From Takakia lepidozioides (lineage: Eukaryota; Plantae; Bryophyta): DNA of 64,000 bases. The stretch lies in NCBI GenBank assembly GCA_030704615.1, contig CM060733.1:30194001-30258000 (forward strand), read 5' to 3'. Below the pieces are notes generated by a model. The model saw only the letters and a program-made list of their open reading frames with translations, ran no database searches and had not been told where the DNA came from. The position numbers were made by a program, and so were the translations under genes. This document shows, piece after piece, positions 38,791 to 50,790 of the stretch. Each line of letters opens with the position of its first letter. Position 1 is the stretch's first letter.

Positions 38791-41700
38791 CTACCCATGT
38801 GTTGTATCCCGCTGCAAAAGAGTATCGACCTCGTTGAAACTCATAGTGGCCTGGTGAATGAAGTTGTCACGTTTGGGATCGCAAACCATCCTCCTCAAAA
38901 ATATGAAATACAAATGTTTGCAGGGTATGAATTTACCTCTCTTGCCCAAACTGGTTGATAGCATATTCACAAAATCAGGACATGTGCAATTGGGGAAATT
39001 GGAAACCGTGATGTCGTAGGTCCTGTCATGAACAGCAGATGTGGAAGTGATGATTGTGAATACCCGACCATATCCTGGATCGGGTACTTCCGTGGTGCTT
39101 CCGACACGAGCTTGGAGCATTCTTGCGGACTCCACTTTGCCAAAGTGTTCAGCGGTTGGAGGGAAACGCCGAACGAGCTTTCCATCTCGTTTGGTTGGCC
39201 ACAAGTCAGGATTTGCCGGGGGGACCCGGGAGGACGCAGGAATAGTAGCACATGCATGGAGTTGGGGTTGTCTCGCAAGGGAAAAACCTGCCTCCTCCAG
39301 CATTTCAATCTCCTGAAAGCTGAGATGTGTTCCCACCTTCACGGGCCAAACGGTTGGAGGAGATGGCTTCATCACTACGGAAGGACGCACAGTTCCATGC
39401 ACACATCTGGCACAATCATCTGCGCAGAACCAGAACTTGTGGTTCTTGGCTTCTGGTTGACCGTATGGACGCATCAAGCCCGTGAAAGTCGGAGCAGGAG
39501 TTCGGGCACCACCTCTGGATATAGATGAAGTGCACTTCTCGAAATTAGTTGCCCTGATCGCTGTACATTTCACACGAGACCCGACACTTGTGCGTTCTAT
39601 GTGCCAAACGTGGTCGGGGCATGCGGACTCAAGCACATCAAGGGGGTTGTTTCTCTCCTGCACCATTTCAGTGGCACGGTTTGATGCTGGAGCTTGCCGT
39701 CGTGTTGGAGGTTCCTCCACAATGGAGGTTCCGGACACGGAGCTGTCATGCAGGGGAACACGAGGCTTCGAGAAGTTATCACGGTCTGCCCTGTGGGAAT
39801 CTGAATCCGAACCAGGTGGAGTGTTCAATTTCCTCTTACAGGAGCCGAATCTCTCCTCCCCTTCAAGATGTGGAACTCTAGAAACAAGTGGCGTTCCCTG
39901 GGCATACATGCTCACCGCCCGTGCTATCTTGATTGGATCCCCAGATCTGTTTGCAGCACGCAACATCAACTCTGATTTGTCCGGACCCTTGCCACCAACC
40001 CCACCTCGTAAGAAATCACGGTATCGGGTTTGTTGTTGCAAGGCACGTATCAAATCATCTGTTGTTGCCACATACAAATCCCGACCTCTTTTCCCAGACT
40101 GCTGCAACCATGCATTGTGCACAGTTTCTGCCAAATTGCAAGATGGCATGTCTGCCATTTCCTCAATGGACATGTTCTGCAAAGAGGATAACCACACTTC
40201 AGAATAGTGCACAGGAAACAACATAAAGAAAGCAATGAGTCAAAAATATGGAAAGCAAATGTATGAATAAAGCATGAAATAGAAGCCTCGTACCATTGTC
40301 ATGGCTGCTCCCCACTGTCTATACCGGAAGTGCCAAAACGCCAGCCAATCTTCCAATGCTCTCATACTCTCAAGTGATGCAGCTCCAGAAGAGAACCACC
40401 AGGCACGAATTGTCTGGAACAAAGTGTCCGCCTCCTTCATTGTTCTAGCATCTTTGTACTCTTTGCACAATTTACGGTGCTGAGTCTGCATCTCTGGTTT
40501 GATGTCCGACTTTGTATGTTTTTCCAGAGATTGTGTCCAATGGAATAGACATGTACGCTCTCTTCCTGGCATAGGCACTTTTGGGTCGCCCGATCCGAAG
40601 ACAATACGAATAGCATTGAAATTTGCTTGAGCACTATCCGCCATGAAACCTGCGAAATTTGGAGATGGCAGCCCATGGCAGCCCATGACACGTATCAGGG
40701 AATTCCACATGAGCTTCTGGGATTCCGTATCCTCGGATTGCATGTCACAAACTGCAATTGTCATAACTCGTTGGTACACTGGATCGTAGACATGACAAGC
40801 CATTGTCGTCCAATCCTTCACTCGTTTCACATGATCAAACATAAGAAAACAGTTCTGCAAGTCCCCAGTCTTCTGCATCCGCTTCACGAGGCTAACCCCA
40901 CTGCCCTCCCCAACAGTCGACATTTTGAAAAGAAAAACTTTGATGGCACCTTGACCTGGGAATACATTGTCCTGGATGTAATCGTACTTGCTCAGTCGTT
41001 TCAATTCCAAAATATTGTCTATGTAGCCTCTGATCCCAGAGCCCATTCTCAATGCATTGATCTGATGCCGAATGTTAGGTGAACTTAAAGTGGAGAAATG
41101 ATCCATGACCAGGTCCAATGCTGCACCGTCAAGTTTAGTCCCCACAGAATCTCCTTCACTCAAAATATGGCTTTCCAAGAAGGACTTGCTTGCGCCAAGA
41201 GCAATTGCAGATGTTGTTGCGGATGGGTTTCTCCCGAACTCCTGTTTGATCAACCTCGATACTGTCTCAACACTCTCCCTGTAATCCCCCTTCGAGACAG
41301 GATGGTTATGGAATCCAAAATGCACACAAGCTCTCGTCATTGTATTCAAACGGTGGACAACATAGTACATTCTTGCTCCGCAGAGCGCCACGCAGGATGG
41401 CACAAGTTTGCAGAATTTGCAGACGAAAGTGTTTGCCGGTGGAGGGCAGTCCCAGGCTGAAATGGATTCTCCGCCAGACCCTCCCATTCGCTTTGATTAT
41501 GAACTCCAGACTGAAGAAAGTGTCTGCAATTCAAATTATCACACCTAAGGTGTCCATTGCAAACTGTCCTCCTGAAAACAAGCTTGTCATCATTCTGAAT
41601 ATTGGATGTTTTTGTTCTGCACCACGGGTGCCCGTCGTGTTTCTTGTCCATTCCATGCATCATGATTGTTACACCTCCAACTCGCGGAGGAGGAGGCAGC

Positions 41701-42305
41701 TCGAATAGGATATCGCCATCAAAAGTCTCCGGCAAGAACTTCACAGGCACCTGCTTCAAAGATTCCCAATCAATTCCCCGCAACTCGCTTTTGAATCCAG
41801 CCATTCCTCCCATCGCCCGCAATTTTGGAATGACACTACAAATCTCTTCTTCATCAGCTTCTGCAACCACAGTAGGAAGGACTGGATTTGGAATTTCACT
41901 TATGTCATCATCGGAAGAATCCGAAAGCTCAACGATTGGAGTGGAGGAAGTCTGTTCTTTTTTCACCACCACCTCCCTCTTGTCTTCAACGACCGAAGCA
42001 GCAGTCCCGGGCGTCACATATGACCCAAGGGACTTTCGCCGAGGCTCTCCAAGTACTCTGTATCGACCAGGACGCACTCTCCACTGGCTGATATGAGCCG
42101 TCTCATCACGGTTTTGGAAAGAATATTTCACCAACTTCCCTTTCAGATCGTAAACCTCTTTCTCCAAAAAGATGGAGCCATTCTGCAGCTGAAAACGGGT
42201 AGCCAAGACATGTTCCAGAACAATTGCAAATCCATTGTCAAGGACTTCCTGGGAGAACGGCACTGGTTTGTCGTCTGAGAAGAACTCCGCTTCAGAGGAA
42301 GCCAT
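38791..42305 (-). CDS. MULE transposase A (GCM/WRKY-like Zn domain, DDE core, C-terminal SWIM); one intron 40177-40293 and one apparent 1-nt frameshift near 41455
   Basis: DGHPW..C.G...C...C..CKFC..C..HNHP; LMFDHVK; FMADSAQANFNAIRIVF; CLFH; NLAETVH; SWIM CTCPDF..CKH. Confidence 0.85.
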
Positions 42306-43157
42306 CTTCCTTCCTCGAGTATGTTTGTACCTTGCTATCGCAGATCTAGTGTAAATCGGTTTACTGCTGTCTCCAGAACACAGTTGAAGAATGAGCAGAG
42401 CATATGGCGGAGGAAGCTCAGATAACGACTGTGCATATTCTGTTATTCATTCCAGATATGCAGCCGTCCATTTTAATTACTTTTCTTGTGGGCCCAGTGG
42501 TCAGAGAATCCATAGGGGCAGTGTCGGAACTGTTAAACCGTTAATCAGAACCTCATCAATAAACCCAATAACAAAGCCGACTTCCTGGAAGCATGCCACA
42601 GGATCCGAGAATGGGATTGCAGATTAAGTAAATGTATCTATATACTACTACCAATGATCATGCGCACCTGGAAAGTTCCAAATGTGCAACGAATGTGGGG
42701 TTTGATAACAAGGATGACCGTGTATGATATTCCAAAATTTGTCATCAAACTCTCGTTCATTTATATTTATTTGTTTAAGAATGCGCATCAATTTCTGGGA
42801 TTCGCTGTTCTTTTTAAATATTGAACCAGTTATAATTTAGAACACGCCGTTTTGTTTTGGGCGGCACACGTCAGACATCCATAACTGAATACGAACAGCT
42901 GTACACCAATTGTTGGCATGTGCATAATATCGAAACGACTATGTGTAACGGTCACGCGGGAGGGAATCCGATGCTTCTAGAGACAAGCAAGAACACAGGC
43001 AATCCCGCAAGAAATCGGGAGTCACTGCGTTTTTCTACTTTTCGCGCTTAGAGGGAGAGTGGTAGTCAAGCTGGAGAGGGTTCCTTCTAGAATACGAAAG
43101 AGAAGAAAGTCTCTTTATTTTACTTCCCTTAGAGAGAGACGCAGAGCAAGAGAGAAA

Positions 43158-46100
43158 ATGACGAGGCGTCGTTTGTTGGAGAACACAGGGCCAAGGCAGC
43201 AGGTGAACGCGGAGACTGATTCACAAGAGCAGACGGAAACTGAGGCAGCGGCTGCGACACAGCCGGCGATAAGAGTGCGCCAGCCTGTGGAGGCAGAGAT
43301 GAATCGCAGGGACACTGAAGAAGGTGGAAGCACGCGGAACGCCGAACCTGAAGAAGGTCAAGAAACCCTTGCGCAGACAGAAACTCCAGCAGATGTGAGA
43401 GGGAAGAGGAAAGCTGCAGAAGGGGATCAAAGTTCAAAACCTAAGAAGGTGCCAGTAAGTTTTATCATATAGTCTATGTGATTGCCTTTCAAGGAGTCCT
43501 TCCTCTTCCATTCTTTAGCAGGAACTACTGAATCGCGAGCGTCGTTAACGCCATTCGATTCTGCTCATGACATTTATGTACATATGTGTTTGAAGAGAGA
43601 GTCTGCACTTACTATCCCCCTAAACTACACTGAATGTCGTTGCCGCCAATCAGTTGCACATGTATGTCATTACACAACACCGATCCGGCAGGTCGTTATC
43701 TTTTGTGATTGTCGTTAACGCCGTTCGCTATTGCTCTCGCTTTGTTTTGAATACGGCAGTCTCGGCTTTTCTTGTGTGATTGTGCTGAATTCTTTCACAC
43801 CATTCATGGTGAGTTTCCTTGATACAGAGTGATGGTCGTTACCGCCATTCACTATTTGCAAATGACTTAGTCAGAACTGAATGGCATCGTGCAGAAAACT
43901 GTGAGGTCGAAGCCTACAGGATCAGAGGGGAAAGGATCTGGAGATGGGGACGAGTCCGCAAAAAGCTCAGAGAATACAGATGAAGCAGATGAATCCGAAG
44001 TGCACTACCTTGACAAGGTGAAAGAACTCATGTCATTCCAGAAGGTAAACTCTCAGGAGGTTATAAGGGACATGCTCGTATCTGGAGGGCGTCTGGACAT
44101 ACCTCTGTGCCGGATGATATCAATGCCTGTTGTGCGTCCACCTCTTTCCCATGACATAACAAAATTGGAGAGTGATTTTGTGCATGGATATAGACTTGGT
44201 GCACAAGTTTTTTATGTGTCACTGACGGATATAAATGGGAAAAGCACATTAGTTTCTCCAGAGATCAGTGATAACTGGGATGAGTGCTGGAAAGATGCCA
44301 ATGAGGAGTTCGAGCTGGGCCTCATGATGGGAAAGAACACCCAGCAATTTTGCAACCACATGTTCTACGTCTGGGACGGCAACCACCGATTGCTTGCATG
44401 GATGGGATACATTCAGAAACACCATTCGAAAGACAAAGACAAGCATGTTGCTGTGGAGGCAATGGTTTTGGATCCAGGAAACGACATCGCTAGGCTTCTT
44501 ACAGCTATGCACGACGTGAACAAGTAAGTCATCCAGGAGATTTGATTCCCTCTGTAGTGTCTTGTTGATCCTCAAAAAACAGTGTTAAGGAATGCAATGT
44601 TTTCAATGTTTTTGCAGATCGACAGAGAAATCGCATGTGACAACAAGCTTGGTTCACACACTATTCCGAATTCAGAGGATTGGTCTGATGAAGCTGGATG
44701 ATTTTCGGACAGTACTACCACCCAATATCATCAAGAAGTGCGAAACAGGAAGAGCTGCAGGCACTTGGTATTCTTTGACACGAGAGGCGTTTCTGGAGTA
44801 CATGTATGCGGTAAGCCCGAGTCTGTACTCTGTTTACTTTTCGAATACATGTTTAGAGTCCCTTCGGAGCTAATCACTACTTGAATGAATGCAGCAAGAA
44901 CTGGCAGAGGCAGCTGAGAAGGGAAAATCCGAATATTACCGCACTACACCAGAGGAACTAAGGACATCAAAGGGTGTGGAAGCTGCAATAAAGAAGGAGT
45001 TTGAGATGCGAAGAACCAAATTGATGTCAGCCTTCGGAAAGCAGCTTAGAATAGTAGATCCTGGACTTGGTCCTGAGTTCCTTCAGCAGATCAAAACACA
45101 CTATGACAAGCATGTGCATCCGGAGATGCAGCAGGAGAAATTGCACCGGCTGGCCATATCGATGGTCGACCCACAAACAAAAATAAGGTGGCTGGAGATA
45201 TGGAACTCAGATCAAACAGTAAAGGACTTGAATCAGTTCCCAAAGAGCACCATACAGCCTGGCACAAAGGTGGAAGGAATCAGTGATTTGGTGTTTGATA
45301 ACTGGCTCCACAAGGCTACATTTTGGAGTCAGGTGTGTATTCGAACATGCTGTTTCTTATCTTCAAGTATGTGATGTGTTTCTTTTTTGCAATTCTGACA
45401 AATATTCTATTTGCAGCTCGAAAAGCGCGCCGTCATTGTGCTGGATCAGACTTTGAAGGACCTGAACATTGCGATTGTTTCCCCTCCCCAAATGTCATTG
45501 GAGGCATACATAAGGAAGTGGAGAGGTCTCACGTGGAGATACTGTTTTTTCCGGGAGTTCTCCAAAGATGGTAACATTTTACGGTCCAACGACTTTGACA
45601 GTCAGGTTGGAGGAGAGTGGGCCATGATGCGAGTTGTGTACAGGTGAAATGTCATACTTGAAACTCTACTGTTTTTTTGGGAAAAATTGTGGCTTCATAT
45701 GGATTGCAATCTTAGATCCAGATTGAATGTCGTTGACGACATTCACTTCTTTGTCTGAGTCATTCTTAAGCGAGTATATGAATTCACCTGGTTAGGATCT
45801 AAGGGTGCAATTATATTGTCCCTGATAGAATTGATAATGTCCTTGAATGGCGTTGACGACATTCACATACGGAGTTGTTGTGTGGTCCTCAAGGTTATTT
45901 AAATTTTTGTAATGTCCATAGAGGATACAATGAGGGTTGATCACTTCATTTTGCTGAATGTCAATGCAGACATTCAGTTGTTCTGCATTGTTTTTTCCTC
46001 TTGCGATGAATATGGAGGCTTCATAAGCTCTGTTTTAAGAAATCCAAAGTGAATGTCGTTGACGACATTCACAGCTGTGTCTGTATTATTAAAAAACGAC

Positions 46101-48790
46101 AAATTCAATTTTCATGGATTGGGGAGCTAAGTAATTGGTTTCTTTTTTGTATTTTTGTGAATGGCGTTGACGCCATTCACATACAGTGATGTTGTGAGGT
46201 CCTCAGTGATAGGTTCGTTATGAATGTGCATTGAGTTTTCCTGGTTGGTTCCTTACTCAATTTTTTTATTTCCACCTGTGATTTTGCTTCATTTCAGTAA
46301 TAATTTGGCTTCATTCTTGAATGTCGTTGACGACATTCACTTCTATGTCTGTGTCATTTCTAATCGCATATTTGCTTTCACCTGGATTAGGATGTATTTA
46401 CAGTGTCATGGAATGGAATGTTCTGAATGGCGTTGACGACATTCATATCTGGAGCAGTAGTGTGGTTTTGAAAGGTCCTTGGAGCAGTTGTCAGAGCCAT
46501 TTGTATCCATGTTTTATTCTTTCTGTTCTACTTGCATCTTTCTCACTGAGCGCTTTTGTGGGTTGGGATTCATCTCCTTTTTTCAGGTACACGAAATATG
46601 TGCTTATGGAAGGAAATCACCTGAGCGGAATTCCCGACTATCTTGACATGTGGTCGGACCCTGCAAACGATCCAACCATGTATACTGCAGGGATATTGAA
46701 GGACTGGAGTCCTTCTCACTTCAGAGACTGTGGGTGGTACCTTGACTGCCCACCTGAGCACACGACCTTTCAAGAACAGCATATGAAATACTTGAACAAT
46801 AACGCTGAGATGCTGGCGCCTTTGACTGACGAAGAGTATCAACGAAACATAGCAACCTTGGCTGCCAAGGAGCCTGATGCTCAGGGAACGCCGCAGAAGG
46901 GAAAGAAGGCGGGCCGCAAACCAAAAGACAAGGCTGTTGATGTCATAGCCATCTCACCAGCAAAGCCAAAGGACAAAGACAAGTCCAAAGAGAAGGAAAA
47001 GGACAAGGGGAAGGAGAATGAAAAGGAGATGGAGAGTGGGCAGGACTTTAGTGCTGGAAGATATACCCGCACTCTTCAGTGCGTGTTCGATGCCAAGCCA
47101 CACCCTTCCCGTTCTGATTCAGCAGGAGAGATGAAAATTGTTAATGAGGGTTGGCTTTCGATGATGCAGAGTCGAAAGAGAGGATACACTGGGGTGCCAT
47201 CCCCTACCTGGGACAATATAATCTCATTCCTCAATCTGGTGAGAATTCCACTTTCTTTCCTTTTTCTCTGAATGTTTCGTTTTCAGTATTTCAGTCTCGT
47301 TCTTTGAAAACATTCTTGCCATCGTTCTTATAAAAAACATGTCTGTTGCAGGTGAGCACAGGTCCCACCTTCGTGTGCGGTGTGCAGAAAACTTATGCGG
47401 CCGACATTGTCATTCTCGACATCCCGGATGGCCAGGCTGTGCCAGAAGTTCTTCCAAAGGGCAAGACGCCAGGGTGGAACAAATTCGAGGACAACTACTG
47501 GAGTTGGGTATTCGGGTTCTGTAACAATTTCCTCTCTGATGCAGGGACACTTCTGCTTTTTCAGTCATGTGACAATGATAGTCGTCGGGCATTGGCATCA
47601 TACCTCAAGTCTTCAGGGTTTGAAGTTTTGCGCACATGGAATTGTGTGAACAGCCTCTACCTTGTGAAAGGGGGTTTCCCTGGTCAGCTGGTATGCCGTC
47701 TGCCTTCTGCTTATGCTTTGATCATGAGTTTCAATTTTCTCTGCAGCTCCACTCTAGTAGAATGTTTTATGATCGACACCGATCATCAACGATTCATGGT
47801 TTTTTGGTGTCAGAGTTCTGAATAGCCGATGTACACACTTCCACTTTAGATTGTGTTTACCACACTAACCTGCTATCTTTGGCAGACGAGGATGTTCGAG
47901 GCGATCTGCCTGCGGAGGATTCGCACATCAAAGACACCATCCTCCATCCGCAGCTTTGAGATTTCTGACCAGGGTTGTTTCGTCAACCCCCCCTATGAGC
48001 CCCATGTCGATGACATTTTGTACAACTTCATGCAGTCCAGTCAGACTCTGAAGAGACCAGATGGCACTCCCTGGAGAGGTGCAAAGGAAAAGTCACCAGC
48101 ATTCATGCAAATACTGCTGGAGTCATGCAGCCACCGCTCTGCACGGGTGGTCGATCTTTCTGTGTCCACAGGTTCGTTTTCTCCCTTCCGAATTGGTTTC
48201 CTTTCAATAGTTTCATCTGCTTAAATCCCCTCCTCCAAACTGCTTATGTTCTCCTGTCTGGTGCAGGAGCAACTTACCACGCATGCAAGGCAGGCGGAAG
48301 AAGCCTTTTTGGTATGGAGGGTGATTCTGACCTCTACAACACAGTGCTCCTCCCCCTTTTGTCTGGCTCCACTTCAGGCACACAGACTGATCGTATTCAT
48401 ATTCGAAATGATGACGATCCCGAAGATAAGCAGGTCGACAACGACTTTTCATGTGAGTAAGTGCTAAACCCTCTTTGGGAGTCATACTCAATTTCTCGAT
48501 AACATCAAAGTTACAGTAATAACTTTTTCAGGCTGTCTTTCAGGAAAGCCAGCGGTGGATCTTCAGGAGATACAGTCATTTCTGGCGAGTCTGTTTTCGA
48601 CAGCCCCCTTTCCAATTTTCTGCTCCCTGTTTATGCCGAAGCAATGGCACTTCACGCGTCCGAGTCCCTATCCCCTGACTTTTTAGTGGCCAGCCGTAGG
48701 TGTATCCAGCGTGGATCCGGTGTTCTAAAATACTTAGACTTAGATGCAGAGGAAGAGGGGATACATTGTACTGACTCTGAGTCAGACTGA
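43158..48790 (+). CDS. ParB/Srx-like + beta-class N6A/N4C DNA methyltransferase-like protein, paralogue A (about 10 exons, apparently intact)
   Basis: ParB-like FYVWDGNHRLLAW (44362-44400); motif IV-like DIVILDIPDG (~47403); EKSPAFMQILLESCS..RVVDLSVSTG|ATYHACKAGGRSLFGMEGD aligns by eye with QKP.LL..LI..S...VLDPF.GSGTT..AA...GR..IG.E.D; GT-AG introns join the ORF pieces; stop TGA 48788-48790. Confidence 0.75.
45720..46450. repeat. Intronic palindromes TGAATG(T/G)CGTTGACG(A/C)CATTCA (~6 copies)
   Basis: Copies near 45724, 45844, 46050, 46157, 46318 and 46424; degenerate copies also in intron 1 (43540-43852). Confidence 0.85.
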
Positions 48791-49549
48791 ACGTATTCTT
48801 TTAATATTCATTTTCATATTATCTGGAAACGTTGAATCCCCTTACTCTACCGTAGTTGTTCCTTTAGAACAAATAATAATCACAGAATCAACTTTCGTTT
48901 AAATTGCTATATGTATGAATCCATCTCACAAACCTTCCTGACTCTTCTCATATCCATTGTGCATTCATCTACACTGTATTCATGCGTGCTCCATTCATGA
49001 AAGCTTCCTTTGTACAACATCCATTGTACATTCATCCTCTGTACTCTTTAATCCACCCCACAAACCTTCCACACTCATTTCATATACTTTGTGCATTCGT
49101 CAAAAGATTTGGTCATGCATCTTCCTGTCATGAATTTTTGTCATTGCTCAACATCCATTATACATTCATCCATTTTACTCTTATCCATCCGTCATTCATC
49201 CATCTACATAGATTTTTCAAACTCATCCATCTGTTTATCATCCAACTGTACATTCATCCATCATTTATTCAATGCCTTTTATTATGTCGTCCAGCTTGTT
49301 TCCGCGGTAAAGGGTGCCAATCCGCGGGAATACACTCCACTTCTTTCTGGGTGCGTGGTGACTCGGCCTCCACGTGTGATGACGTGGACTGAGACCCGTG
49401 ATGTGGCATTTGCGCAAGGTGACGTGGCGTGAGCGCAGTCGCGCTCACGCGCTCACGTGCTCACGTGACCAGGCTCACGCCGAGGCATCCCTGTCGGAAT
49501 TGCGCTGTATGAAGCTGTCGGAATCGCACTCGGCTCCATGCATCAGATA

Positions 49550-50375
49550 CAAAATGGAAATGCGGCGCCGCATTTCCGTTCTGGAATGTCGAAAAGTGCG
49601 ACTCGGACGGAAATGCGGTGCCGCATTTCTGTTCCCGTTGTTCGTAAATCTCAATCAGAACGGAAATGCGGTACCGCATTTCCGTTCCACCTTCACATAC
49701 CGTGCTTGTTGAATGAAAATGCGGTACCGCATTTCCGTTCTGGAGAGTATGAATGTCTTTTAAGGACGGAAATGTGCTGCAGCATTTCTATCCCTCAGCT
49801 CCATTCATCAGATACAAAATGGAAATGCGGCGCCGCATTTCCGTTCTGGAATGTCGAAAAGTGCGACTCGGACGGAAATGCGGTGCCGCATTTCTGTTCC
49901 CTATGTTCGTAAATCTCAATCAGAACGGAAATGCGGTACCGCATTTCCGTTCCACCTTCACATACCGTGCTTGTTGAATGAAAATGCGGTACCGCATTTC
50001 CGTTCTGGAGAGTATGAATGTCTTTTAAGGACGGAAATGTGCTGCAGCATTTCTATCCCTCAGCTCCATTCATCAGATACAAAATGGAAATGCGGCGCCG
50101 GTTTTCCGTTCTGAAATGTCGCAAAAGTGCGACTCGGACGGAAATGCGGTGCCGCATTTCTGTTCCCGTTGTTCATAATTCTCAATCAGAACGGAAATGC
50201 GGTACCGCATTTCCGTTCCACCTTCACATACCGTGCTTGCTGAATGGAAATGCGTTACCGCATTTCCGTTCTGGAGAGTATAAAGGTTTTCCCCGGACGG
50301 AAACTCGTTGCCGCATTTCCGTCGCTCTGGTGCATGACCAAGATGCAATACGGAAATGCGGCGCCGTATTTCCGT
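49550..50375. repeat. Array of ~16 palindromes at 53-bp period arranged as three 265-bp higher-order units
   Basis: Unit starts at 49556, 49821 and 50086; same palindrome, spacers related to those at 37.1-38.1 kb, same orientation. Confidence 0.95.
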
Positions 50376-50790
50376 CCACCGGCAATCGAAAGAATCAATC
50401 GGGACGGGAAATTTGGAACCTGAATGGGTTGCATTGTTCCGAAACAACACAATTGCGGCCAGTCTTGATGAGCACAACTTGGTTGTCTGACCGTTTTAAC
50501 CAGCAGTCCTAGCACTTGTCAGTGCGAACGTTCCTGTCTGCACCGAGAATACTGCTGGATCCACCCTCAGGAGAAACTGTCAGGAGATGTTATTTCGTCG
50601 CCGAATCGGCCATCATTGTCATACTCACTGGCTATGGAATCAAACCTCCCACCTTCATGCATGTAGCTTGAAACAATACTTTCCACTTCAATGTGCGACT
50701 TCCAATCGTCGATGGACTCCGCATGGTGCCTGTGAGCCTTGGTCTGTCGCTATACTGAACCTCGCACTTGCCAACTCCGTGCGGTGTTCG

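Noticed and set aside
39482-40207. Long antisense ORFs over the transposases and pol genes
   Set aside because: Shadow frames of GC-balanced coding sequence with no motifs.
43158-48790. Bacterial or phage contamination as the source of the ParB-MTase
   Set aside because: Spliceosomal introns at positions shared between paralogues, and the gene sits inside a TSD-flanked element within a plant retrotransposon.
37070-50375. CRISPR array interpretation of the palindrome-spacer arrays
   Set aside because: Eukaryotic context, no cas genes, spacers recur and form higher-order tandem units, and the repeats are degenerate.
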